Under the pieces are notes generated by a model. That model made no database searches. It saw nothing but the letters and a program-made list of their open reading frames with translations, and was not told the DNA's origin. Of a stretch of DNA of 64,000 bases, positions 1 to 9,700 are shown in pieces. The position numbers and the translations under genes are program-made. This DNA comes from Thermoanaerobaculia bacterium (GTDB lineage: Bacteria; Acidobacteriota; Thermoanaerobaculia; Multivoradales; UBA5704), in contig JBGAGQ010000008.1 of the NCBI GenBank assembly GCA_044226625.1, positions 1-64,000 of the forward strand. The letters run 5' to 3'. The stretch's first letter is position 1; every line of letters begins with the position of its first letter.

Positions 1-3000
1 GCAACTCCACGCCCAACGCCTCGCGCACTCGCGACACGATCCGCATCGCCAGCAGCGAGTGGCCTCCCAAGTCGAAGAAGCTCTGGCCGCGACCCACCGA
101 AGGCCGGTGCAGCACCTCCGACCAGATCCCCGCCAAAACCGCCTCGACCGCCCCCCGAGGAGACTCTTCGATCTCGACACCTGCGGCCCCTTCGACGTCC
201 GCCGGCCGCGGCAGCGCGCGTCGGTCTACCTTGCCGCGCGAGGTTCGCGGTAGGGATCGCATCTCGACGAAAGCCGAGGGCACCATGTAATCCGGTAGCA
301 AAGTCGACAGACTGGAACGGAGGTCGAAGGTCCGGACGGCGGCACCTTCCATCGCGACGTAGTACGCGATCAATCGCCACCCCCCTGTTGGATTGGCTAG
401 CGCGACCACCGCGGCTTCAGCGATCGCCGGTAGGCGGCCGAGCGCAGCCTCCACCTCCCCAGGCTCGACGCGAAAGCCACGGATCTTGACCTGTTCATCG
501 ACTCGGCCGACGAAATCGATCTCACCGTTCGCAAGCAGCCGTGCGAGGTCACCCGTCCGGTAGAGCCGGGATCCCTGCCGGCGCGAGTAGGGATCGGGCA
601 CGAAGCGCTCCGCGGTGAGACCCGGTCGTCTCGCATATCCACGCGCCACGCCGTCACCACCGATGAACATCTCGCCGACGACGCCCACTGGCGCGGGTCG
701 GCCGCGGTCGTCGAGGATTCGAATCGAGGCGCCCGGGATCGGCGTACCGATCGACACCTGCCCGGACGCCGAGGTCCGCCCGTTCGAAACCTCTTTCCAA
801 GAGCCCACAATCGTCGTCTCGGTTGGCCCATAGGTGTTCACCAGTCGGATCCGCGGTCCAACCGAGCGGGACCAGGCCGCGAGGGCTCCCGGCAGTGCCC
901 GTTCGCCCCCCAAGATCGTCAAACGGATAGAAGCCGGGGGGGCACATCGCCTCTCGTCGATCGTCGAACAGAGCTCGTGCCAGAGAGCCGTCGGAAGATC
1001 GAGCACCGTGATCTGACGAAGCGCGCAGCCAAGCAGGAACGCCTCCGACGAGGCCAGCATCGCCGGATCGCGAAGCGCAAGCTCGCCGCCGCCAAGGAGA
1101 GCGAGAAAAGTCTCTTCCACGCTGATGTCGAAGCTCGGCGCGGCCAACTGGAGCACCCGGTCGCGAGGTGACCCTTCGTAGACCGCTTCCATCGAGTGGA
1201 AATAGGAACGAAGGCTCGAATGGGACAACGTCGTGCCTTTGGGTCGCCCGGTCGAGCCGGAGGTGAACAGCAGGAACGCGCCGTTTTCCGGGGCGATGGT
1301 TCCCGTTCGACGGTCCGTGATGCCGGCGGGGCGAAGCGCGATCCCGTCCGTTGCCTCTACTCCGGCTTCGAGAACGAACTGGACCCCCGCCTCGACTTGC
1401 AGCTCGACTCGCCGCGCCGCCGGACTTTCCGGGTCGAGCGGAACGCAGATTCCACCCGCCGCGAGTACACCGAGAACCGCGACGATGCGTTCGGGTGTCA
1501 ACTCGAAGACTACGGCGACGGGAGCCTCCGGCCCGACCCCGACGGTCCTCAGGCGCTCGGCAAGCCTTTCGGCCCGGACGCGCAGCTCTCCATAGCTCAA
1601 GACCGAGGTATCGGTCGAAACCGCCGCCGCATCGGGAGCTCCCACGGCTCGAGCCAGGAACGCTTCGATCATAGAGCCCGATCCGGATTCAGATGCGGGC
1701 GTGGCCGTCGCATTGAGGATCTGAGAGATTTCCTCGTCACGAAGCCAGGGCACCTCGGACGACGCCCGCTGGGGGTCGGCCAAAGCCGCTTCCATCAGGG
1801 TCGAGAAGCAACTTGCCCACCGGGGCAAAGTGGACGCTTCAAACAGCTCGATCGGCGCGATCAACCAGCCGGTGGGGCTATCCCCTTCGAGCAGAACGGT
1901 CAGATCGAGGTCGAATTTCGCTTGAGTCGCACCACCGTCGACCGCGGTTTCCCGAGGCGCCGCCGAAGCCGCGGTAGTCAAATCGAAGCTCGCTTGAAAC
2001 AGAGGAGTTCGGGCGAGGCTTCGCTCCGGTCGCAGAAGCTCGACCAGGCGCTCGAAAGGAACCTCAGAGCAGGATTGCGCTTCGAGCGCCGCGCTCCGGA
2101 TCCGCTGGACCAGGTCCTTGAAGCTGGGCTCTCCCGAGAGATCCGCGCGAATCACGAGGGTATTGACGAAGAGACCGATCAGCCCTTCGATCTCGACACG
2201 GTTCCTCCCCGCACTCGGGATACCTACGCAGAGATCCGCCTGCCGCGCCAGACGGGAGAGAAGGAGCGAATAGGCCGCGAGCACGACCAGGAACGGAGTC
2301 GCCTCCATGCTTCGCGCGAGCTCGCGGATCGACCGGCCTAGGTGGTCGCTCCACCGAATCTCCTCGGCCACACCCAGCCCCGAAAGCGCGGCGGGCCGCG
2401 GCCGATCCACCGGAAGATCCAATGTGAACCGAGCCCCGTCGAAGCGCTCGCGCAGAACGGTGAGCTTGCCGGCCAACGCCTCGTCGGTAAAAGTAGCCCG
2501 CTGCCAACTGCAATAGTCGGCGTAGGTGATCGGCAGCCCGGCGAGCGAAGCCGGCGTACCCCGGACGGCGGCTCCATAGAGCAGCTGTAGCTCTTCGCCG
2601 AAGATCTTCATCGACCAGCCGTCGACCGCGATGTGGTGGATCGTCCCTGCGAGTAGGTGATCGTCCTCCGCGAGGTCGACGATTAAGAAGCGCAGGACAG
2701 GTCCCGTACCGAGTCGGAACGGCCGCAGAAACTCGAGGCTGGCAGCGCGATCCGCATCCGGCGACCGTAGATCGTCTGGTAGCGATCGAAGATCGAGTCG
2801 CGCCATCGGCACCCTGCCCGAGGCACCGATCACCTGGACCGGAGAGTGATCGATCATTCGGTAGGAGGTCCGAAGCGTCGGGTGCCTCTCGACCAGCGCC
2901 AGAATCGCGGAACGGCAGGAGGAGGCGGAGAATGCACCGTGAAGGCGTCGCGCAAACGGTACGTGGTAGAGCGCCGAGCCGGGCTCCAAGCGATCGAGAA

Positions 3001-6000
3001 ACCAAAGCCGCTCTTGCGCGAACGAAAGGGGAATAGGACCACTCTGCCTGCTCGCCGGAATGGCGGCCGCACGAGGCTCGGCGCGCCCCTGGACGAGCTC
3101 GTCGAGCGATTTACGCCGCCCCGTCGACAGCTTCGCGCGCCGAGCCTCGAGAGCCTTCCGGCGCGCGGCGATAGGATCCTCGTCGCCCCGGGATTTCCTG
3201 GTGCTTTCAGACGGTGGTCGGTCGCTCTCGGACCTCCCGCTCGCGAGGTACTGCTCTCGATCGAGTCGGCCATCCGCCCGGCGCCTCCCAAAGCCGACCG
3301 GTCCTCCTTCTTTCGCGCTCAACGTACCTCGAACCCCGATCGGCGCCGGCTCGCCATAGCGGTCGAACACCGTTCCGTCCTCCCTCCATTCGAGGAGCAG
3401 TTGGTGCCTTTCCGCCGCCGATAGGGAGGACAGCTGAGACAGCCGGTCGTCAGGCGACCCAGCGAGCGCGACATAGAGGCGCTCCAGATGGCTCACGAGA
3501 CGAAGTGCAGTGCTTCGATCGAACAGATCCGCGTCGAAGCCGAGAGTCACGGAAAGTCCACGAGAGCCTTCCGAAAGCGACAGCACAAGATCGAAGGGCA
3601 CGGAACTGTCACCGCCCGCCGCGCTTTGAATCTCGAGCCCCCTCAGCCGGAGAGGCTCGCTTCCGCTCGCGTTCGTCAGTACGAGAAGTGCACGAAGCAG
3701 CGGCTGCCGATCGTTTTCCGGATCTCGCCCGAGCGCCGCAACGAGCTTTTCGAACGGAAGATCCCGGTGGTCGAACGCCCCCAAGGTAACCTCCCGCACT
3801 CGCGAGACCAGGTCGCCACCGAGAAGATCTCCGCTCAGATCGGTGCACAAAACGAGCGTGTTCACGAAGCACCCGATCAGGCCTTCGAGCTCCGTACGAT
3901 CGCGATTCGCGATCGGAGTACCGACCACGATTCGATCTTGGCCACTCTGCCGGTGTAGGAGCAGTTGGAAACCGGCCAGAGCTACTGTGAACAGGGTCGC
4001 CCCCCGAGCCCGCGCGAGCTCTTTCAAACGATCTCGGGCGGCCGGAGGCAAGCGAACCGACACGGAACCAGGGTGCGCCGACTGCCAGCGCGCGCGAGGG
4101 CGATCCATCGGCAAGTCGAGAATTGGAGGCGGCCCGCCGAGGACCCTTCGAAAAAAGTCGATTTGCTCGTCGAGAACCGCCCCTTGGAGCCAGCTCCGCT
4201 GCCACGCTGCGTAGTCGGGATATTGGAGCGGCAGCGGCGAAAGCGGAGATGGCGCGCGATCGAGCGCAGCGGAATAGAAAAGCGACAGCTCGCGGCCGAA
4301 GATACCTAGAGACCAACCGTCGTATACCGCGTGGTGAAGGCCCAAGAGCAGGACATGGTCGTCCGAGCCCAGTCGAAGCAAACGCGCCTTCAGGAGAGGT
4401 CCCTTCGCGAGCGAGAACCGCCAACGCTCGGGCAAGCCGACGATACGTTCGCCCTCCGCTCGTCTCCGATCGATGCCGCCGAGGTCGACGAGCGGCAGTC
4501 GAAAGACGGACTTCGGCAGGATCCTCTGCTCGAGGCAATGGCTGCCGAGCGCGAACGTCGCTCGAAGCGCCTCATGACGCCCCCAGATTGCTCCCAGCGC
4601 CGCCTGGAGGGCCGCGCGATCGAGAGCTCCGCGCAGTCGAGGAGCAGGCGCGCTGGCGTAGTGGCTATTGCCCGGGTGCAGTTGCTCGACGAGCCACATC
4701 CGCTCTTGAGCGAACGACGCCGGGAGCGGACGGTCCCGGCGGGCGGAGGTCAGCGGCGGCTGAGAGATCCCCGCTCGCTCGGCGCGCGCAAGGTCGATTC
4801 GCGCCGCGAGCCCGGATACGGTCGGCGTCCGAAAAAAGTCGCGCAGGGAAAGGCGCACGAGAAGGGCTTCATGAATTCTCGCGACGGCCCGCGCAGCAAG
4901 TAGAGAATGCCCGCCGAGGTCGAAGAAGTTCGCCTCCGGCGACTGGACCGGTACCGCCAACACCTCCGACCAGATTCCGCCGACGATCTCCTCGAGCGGT
5001 GATCGCCAGGTCTCGCCTTCGACCGAGCGCTCGCTATCCTTCTTGGGTTCGGGGAGGGCCTTGCGATCCAGCTTGCCGCTCGGCGTTTTGGGTAGAGCGG
5101 CGAGAAAAACGAAATCGGCCGGCAGCATGTACTCCGGGAGGACCTTCTGAAGCCCAATCCGGAGCTCCGCCGACGTCGCGTGCGACCCGCTCTCCGCGGT
5201 TGCGACGTAGGCGACGAGGCGAGGCACCCCGCCCGCCCCTGACCGGACCGAGACGGCGGCCTCGACCACACCCGGCTGGCCAGCGAAAGCCGCTTCGATT
5301 TCTCCCAGCTCGATGCGGAATCCTCGCACCTTGACCTGGCGGTCCAAGCGCCCCAGATAATCGAGGCGTCCGTCCGCGCGAAAACGGACCCGATCGCCGG
5401 TCCGATAGAGCCTACCGCCGAGACGGCCGCTCCAAGGATCGGGAATGAAACGCTCGGCCGTCGTTTCGGGGCGCCGCCAGTAGCCGCGCGCGAGACCCGC
5501 TCCCCCCAAGCAGAGCTCGCCGAGCACGCCGATTCCGACCGGCATTCCGGTCCGGTCGAGAACGTATCCTTGGGTGCCTTCGATCGGTCGCCCGAGGGAC
5601 ACCGCGGCGGCAGGGTCGCGCGCGATGACCTCCTCGGTCGAATAGGTCGTGTCCTCGGTCGGGCCGTAGAGGTTCAACAACCGACCGGCGCCCGCCGCGA
5701 AGACTCGATCGGCGAGCCATCGAGGAAGCGGTTCGCCCGCGAGGTTTACCGTGAGGAGGCCTCCCGGAAGATCGCTCGACCGCAGCAGCTCCGCCATGGC
5801 CGAAGGGACCGTGTTGATCAACGTCACCTCTCCGCGTGCCGCAAGTGCCGGTAAGGCCAACGCGTTCTCGGCCAGGATCACTCGGCCGCCGGCGGACAGG
5901 GGGGCGAACAGCTCAAAGACCGAAAGGTCGAAGCAGATGGACGTCGCCGCGAGCACGCCCGAGAGCTCTTCGCGATCGAAGCGGTCGAGCGCCCATCTCA

Positions 6001-9000
6001 GCAGCGCCACGGACGACTCATGAGCGATCGTCACGCCCTTAGGAAGACCCGTCGACCCCGAGGTATAGATGACATACGCGAGATTAGCTCCGGTCGCGCG
6101 AGCTCGAGGCCGCGGTGCGATGGAATCCGACAGGTCCTCGACCTCCAGCCGTGGACCGTGCCAATCGTCGAGAATCTCGCGGTTCGCTCGCGCGCTCACC
6201 AGGAGCGAAGCCTGGGAGTCCTCCAGCATGAAGCGCAAGCGTTGCCGCGGATAGGCAGGGTCCAGCGGGACGTAGGCGGCGCCCGATTTGAGCACCCCCA
6301 AGAGGGCCGCGACCAACGTCGGAGTCCGTTCGAGACAGACCGCGATTCGCGACTCCGGACCGGCGCCCAGCTCGCCCAAACGAGCGGCGATCGCGTTCGC
6401 CCTCCCTTCTAGCTCGCCATAGGTCCAACGTTTGTCGCCCGCGATCAGGGCTTCGGCCCTCGGATCGAGGTCGACTCGCCTTTCGAATCCTTCGTGGAGG
6501 CAACCGGCCACACCTTCGGCCCCGCGATCGTTCCATTCGAACGTGGACTGAAATCGTTCCGCGGCCGAGAAGGCGGGCAACTCGCCGAGAGTTTGGTCAG
6601 GAGCGAGCACGGCGGCTTCGAGCAAGGCGTGGAATCCCAGCTCCCACCGCCGCACCGTTGCCGGATCGAAGAGGTCCGTCGCGTACTCGAAAGCGCCGCG
6701 GAGCCCTCCCTTCCACTCCTCCAGAAACAATGTGAGGTCGAGCTTCGACGTGCCGCTGTCCAGCTCTTCCCAGGACAGCTCCAGATCCGGCAATTTCAGG
6801 GCAGGAAATGGAACGTTCTGAAACGCGAGCGACACCTGAAAGAACGCGTTGCGGCTCGGATCTCGCGGTGGGTTGAGGATCTCCACCAAGCGGTCGTTGG
6901 TGATCCCCTGATTCGCATAGGCGCCGAGCACCGTGCCCCGCACTCCTTCGATCAGTCGTTGGAAAGACTCGCGGGGATCGACGCGCGCCCTCAACATCAG
7001 CGTGTTGACGAAATAGCCGACGACACTTTCGAGCTCAGGGCGGAGCCTTCCAGCAACTGGCGAGCCGACGAGGAAATCGAGCTCCCCTGAGAGGCGATGC
7101 ATCTGGACCTCGAACGCCGCGAGCAGAACCATGAAGAGCGTCGCGCCGTTTCGCGTCCCGAGATCGCGCAATTCAGAAGTCAACCCCGGCCGTACCGCGA
7201 AACGATGATGGCGGCCGGTCATGCTCAGCTCGGCGGGGCGCGGTCGGTCGGCCGGCAACTCAAGCCAGTCGGGCACGCCGGAAAGCTCGCGGCGCCAAAA
7301 CTCGACCTGCTGCTCCTCCTCCGGGGTGGCCAACTGCCAAGCGACGAAGTCGGTGTACTCGACGGAGGGCTCGCGCAACCGAACCGGTGTCCCGGAAGCG
7401 GCGGCCGAATAGACCGCGATGACGTCGGCGAGTACCAATCCGATCGACCAGCCATCGCTCACGATGTGGTGCATGTTGAAGAGTGCCCAAGATCTTCGCG
7501 AGTCGACGAGACAGAGCGCCACGCGCGCCAAAGGCAATTCGTCGAGGCGGATCGGCCGCGACGTCTCCGTTCTTGCGATACGCGTGGATTCGCGGTCCGC
7601 CACGGGCGTGGGGAGCGCTCTGAGGTCTAGGGTTGCGGCGCGTGCCGGGCGGACAGGCGAAAGCTCCTGAAAAGGCACTCCTTCCGCCTCTCCGATCCGC
7701 ATCCAGAATACGACGTGGCGACGGAGCACCGCCTCGAGCGAAGCGATCATCGCGCCAGGCCGCAGAGCGCCGGTGAAACGCATTCGCAGGGGAATGTTGT
7801 AGGCGGCCGAAGCCGGGAATTCGCGCGCCACGACCCACAGGGATCGCTGGGCGAGAGACAACGGCTGGCGGCCTCCTGCCGCAAGCCTGGCGATGGGCCT
7901 TGGCACTTCGGAGGAACCGCCCAAACGATCGATGGCGGCCGCCAGGTCGGCAACGGTCGAAGCCTCCATGAAAGCCGCGAGCGAGACCCGTCTCGCGAGC
8001 TCGAGCCGGATCGTCTCGATGGCGCGAGCGGCGAGCAGCGAATGACCGCCAAGATCGAGAAAGCGGTCGTCGCGACCTACCTCCCGCACCTCGAGCACCT
8101 CGCCGAGGATCCGAGCCAAGGTTTTCTCCGTAGGCGTGTGGAAAATCGCCGGCTCCCTCGTGGCACCCGAGTCGGGCTCGGGCAACGCCGCGCGGTCGAG
8201 CTTGCCGTTTGCCGTTCGAGGGAGCTTCTCCAGCTCGACGAACGACGTCGGCACCATGTACTCCGGAAGCTCCGAGCCCATGAACCGGCGGAGCGCCGAG
8301 AAATCGAGGTCGCTTCCTTCCCGAGCGACGACGTACGCGACCAGACGCTTTGGCCCACCCTTGCCGTCGTCGCGAGCCACGATCGCCTCTTCCTGAACCG
8401 AGGGGTGGCGGGCCAACACGGCGTCGAGCTCGCCGAGCTCGATGCGAAATCCGCGAATTTTGACCTGGTGGTCGGAGCGCCCGAGGAAATCCAACCGACC
8501 GTCGGGCAGCTGGCGGACGACGTCTCCCGTGCGGTAGAGGCGCTCTCCCGAGCCTCCGCCCACGCCGTCGGGCACGAAGCGATCGGCGGTCAACTCGGGT
8601 CGATTCCAATAGCCTCTGCAGAGCCCCTCGCCCCCGAGGAACAGCTCTCCGACGAGACCGGCGACGACGGGATCTCCCCAACGGTCGAGGACGAACGCCC
8701 GCGTTCCGGGAAGGGGCCGCCCGATGGTCACCGGGCATTCGGGATTCCGCTCGACCTCGTCCCAGGTGGAGTAGGTCGTGTCTTCGGACGGCCCATAGAG
8801 GTTGCACAGCCTTGCGACTCCTGCGGCATACACCCGATCGGCGAGCGCGCGCGGCAGCGCCTCTCCCGCGAGGTTGACCGTGAGGACGCCGTTCGGAACG
8901 GCCCCCTGGCGCAGCAGCTCCGCCATCGCCGAGGGCACCGTATTGACCAGTCGAACCTCGGATCGAGCCGGCAGATCGGGTAACGCGAGGGCATTGTCGG

Positions 9001-9700
9001 CTAGAAGGACGCGGCCGCCGAGGGAGAGTGGAACGAACAGCTCGAAGATCGACAGGTCGAAGCAGGTCGAGGTGGCGGCCAGCACACCGCAAAGCTCGGC
9101 GGCATCGAACTCCCGCGCCGCCCAGGCGACAAACGAAACGGCGGAGCGGTGCTCGATCGCGACGCCTTTCGGCTTACCCGTCGAGCCGGAGGTATAGATC
9201 AGATATGCCAAATTTCCGGCCGTGGCGCACCGGGGCGGCCGCGGCGCCGGAGAGCTCGAGGAGAAGATCGCTTCCACCTCGAGACGCTCTCCCTCCCAGC
9301 CGACGAGCTGATCGAGGAGAGAGCCCTGAGTGATCAGAATTCGGGCTCCCGAGTCGTCCAGCATGTAGCGAACCCGCTCCTGCGGATACTTGGGATCGAG
9401 GGGCACGTAGGCCGCTCCAGCCTTGAGAACTCCGAGCAGAGCGGCGACCAGGGCGGCGTTGCGTTCGAGATGGACACCCACCCTCGTGTCCGGACCGGCC
9501 CCTGATGCAATCAAGCGGGAAGCGACCCGATTCGCCGCGTCTTCGAGCGCCCGATAGCTCCAACGTTCCTCGCCGACCACCAGCGCCTCGGCCTGCGGAG
9601 CGAGATCGGTTTGCCGCTCGAAGCTCCAGTGCAGGCAACCTTCGGCATCGAGCGTACCGAGAGCTTCCGCCGAGCTCTTCGGCGCTAGGGTTTCGTTCAT
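1..9700 (-). CDS. NRPS, 3'-truncated by the window edge (>3230 aa): A(Ala)-T-C-A(Ala)-T-C-[vestigial A/linker]-C-A(Lys-like)-T...
   Basis: Not in the ORF track because it has no stop in the window. ATG at 9700 overlaps the upstream TGA (ATGA). Translates MNETLAPKSSAEALGTLDAEGCLHWSFERQ..., with YTSGSTGKPKG, GGHSL, HHIVSDGWS (~7450), YTSGSTGLPKG (~6050), GGHSL (~4905), HHAVYDGWS (~4320), HHIAVDGWS (~2625), FTSGSTGRPKG (~1250) and GGHSLLAMR (~60). Frame checked by hand at 4738, 3478-3058 and 58. Pocket codes: DLFNNALTYK twice (Ala) and DIEDIGTIVK (basic/diamino acid-like). Confidence 0.93.
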   Translation of the reverse strand, partial: MNETLAPKSSAEALGTLDAEGCLHWSFERQTDLAPQAEALVVGEERWSYRALEDAANRVASRLIASGAGPDTRVGVHLERNAALVAALLGVLKAGAAYVPLDPKYPQERVRYMLDDSGARILITQGSLLDQLVGWEGERLEVEAIFSSSSPAPRPPRCATAGNLAYLIYTSGSTGKPKGVAIEHRSAVSFVAWAAREFDAAELCGVLAATSTCFDLSIFELFVPLSLGGRVLLADNALALPDLPARSEVRLVNTVPSAMAELLRQGAVPNGVLTVNLAGEALPRALADRVYAAGVARLCNLYGPSEDTTYSTWDEVERNPECPVTIGRPLPGTRAFVLDRWGDPVVAGLVGELFLGGEGLCRGYWNRPELTADRFVPDGVGGGSGERLYRTGDVVRQLPDGRLDFLGRSDHQVKIRGFRIELGELDAVLARHPSVQEEAIVARDDGKGGPKRLVAYVVAREGSDLDFSALRRFMGSELPEYMVPTSFVELEKLPRTANGKLDRAALPEPDSGATREPAIFHTPTEKTLARILGEVLEVREVGRDDRFLDLGGHSLLAARAIETIRLELARRVSLAAFMEASTVADLAAAIDRLGGSSEVPRPIARLAAGGRQPLSLAQRSLWVVAREFPASAAYNIPLRMRFTGALRPGAMIASLEAVLRRHVVFWMRIGEAEGVPFQELSPVRPARAATLDLRALPTPVADRESTRIARTETSRPIRLDELPLARVALCLVDSRRSWALFNMHHIVSDGWSIGLVLADVIAVYSAAASGTPVRLREPSVEYTDFVAWQLATPEEEQQVEFWRRELSGVPDWLELPADRPRPAELSMTGRHHRFAVRPGLTSELRDLGTRNGATLFMVLLAAFEVQMHRLSGELDFLVGSPVAGRLRPELESVVGYFVNTLMLRARVDPRESFQRLIEGVRGTVLGAYANQGITNDRLVEILNPPRDPSRNAFFQVSLAFQNVPFPALKLPDLELSWEELDSGTSKLDLTLFLEEWKGGLRGAFEYATDLFDPATVRRWELGFHALLEAAVLAPDQTLGELPAFSAAERFQSTFEWNDRGAEGVAGCLHEGFERRVDLDPRAEALIAGDKRWTYGELEGRANAIAARLGELGAGPESRIAVCLERTPTLVAALLGVLKSGAAYVPLDPAYPRQRLRFMLEDSQASLLVSARANREILDDWHGPRLEVEDLSDSIAPRPRARATGANLAYVIYTSGSTGLPKGVTIAHESSVALLRWALDRFDREELSGVLAATSICFDLSVFELFAPLSAGGRVILAENALALPALAARGEVTLINTVPSAMAELLRSSDLPGGLLTVNLAGEPLPRWLADRVFAAGAGRLLNLYGPTEDTTYSTEEVIARDPAAAVSLGRPIEGTQGYVLDRTGMPVGIGVLGELCLGGAGLARGYWRRPETTAERFIPDPWSGRLGGRLYRTGDRVRFRADGRLDYLGRLDRQVKVRGFRIELGEIEAAFAGQPGVVEAAVSVRSGAGGVPRLVAYVATAESGSHATSAELRIGLQKVLPEYMLPADFVFLAALPKTPSGKLDRKALPEPKKDSERSVEGETWRSPLEEIVGGIWSEVLAVPVQSPEANFFDLGGHSLLAARAVARIHEALLVRLSLRDFFRTPTVSGLAARIDLARAERAGISQPPLTSARRDRPLPASFAQERMWLVEQLHPGNSHYASAPAPRLRGALDRAALQAALGAIWGRHEALRATFALGSHCLEQRILPKSVFRLPLVDLGGIDRRRAEGERIVGLPERWRFSLAKGPLLKARLLRLGSDDHVLLLGLHHAVYDGWSLGIFGRELSLFYSAALDRAPSPLSPLPLQYPDYAAWQRSWLQGAVLDEQIDFFRRVLGGPPPILDLPMDRPRARWQSAHPGSVSVRLPPAARDRLKELARARGATLFTVALAGFQLLLHRQSGQDRIVVGTPIANRDRTELEGLIGCFVNTLVLCTDLSGDLLGGDLVSRVREVTLGAFDHRDLPFEKLVAALGRDPENDRQPLLRALLVLTNASGSEPLRLRGLEIQSAAGGDSSVPFDLVLSLSEGSRGLSVTLGFDADLFDRSTALRLVSHLERLYVALAGSPDDRLSQLSSLSAAERHQLLLEWREDGTVFDRYGEPAPIGVRGTLSAKEGGPVGFGRRRADGRLDREQYLASGRSESDRPPSESTRKSRGDEDPIAARRKALEARRAKLSTGRRKSLDELVQGRAEPRAAAIPASRQSGPIPLSFAQERLWFLDRLEPGSALYHVPFARRLHGAFSASSCRSAILALVERHPTLRTSYRMIDHSPVQVIGASGRVPMARLDLRSLPDDLRSPDADRAASLEFLRPFRLGTGPVLRFLIVDLAEDDHLLAGTIHHIAVDGWSMKIFGEELQLLYGAAVRGTPASLAGLPITYADYCSWQRATFTDEALAGKLTVLRERFDGARFTLDLPVDRPRPAALSGLGVAEEIRWSDHLGRSIRELARSMEATPFLVVLAAYSLLLSRLARQADLCVGIPSAGRNRVEIEGLIGLFVNTLVIRADLSGEPSFKDLVQRIRSAALEAQSCSEVPFERLVELLRPERSLARTPLFQASFDLTTAASAAPRETAVDGGATQAKFDLDLTVLLEGDSPTGWLIAPIELFEASTLPRWASCFSTLMEAALADPQRASSEVPWLRDEEISQILNATATPASESGSGSMIEAFLARAVGAPDAAAVSTDTSVLSYGELRVRAERLAERLRTVGVGPEAPVAVVFELTPERIVAVLGVLAAGGICVPLDPESPAARRVELQVEAGVQFVLEAGVEATDGIALRPAGITDRRTGTIAPENGAFLLFTSGSTGRPKGTTLSHSSLRSYFHSMEAVYEGSPRDRVLQLAAPSFDISVEETFLALLGGGELALRDPAMLASSEAFLLGCALRQITVLDLPTALWHELCSTIDERRCAPPASIRLTILGGERALPGALAAWSRSVGPRIRLVNTYGPTETTIVGSWKEVSNGRTSASGQVSIGTPIPGASIRILDDRGRPAPVGVVGEMFIGGDGVARGYARRPGLTAERFVPDPYSRRQGSRLYRTGDLARLLANGEIDFVGRVDEQVKIRGFRVEPGEVEAALGRLPAIAEAAVVALANPTGGWRLIAYYVAMEGAAVRTFDLRSSLSTLLPDYMVPSAFVEMRSLPRTSRGKVDRRALPRPADVEGAAGVEIEESPRGAVEAVLAGIWSEVLHRPSVGRGQSFFDLGGHSLLAMRIVSRVREALGVEL

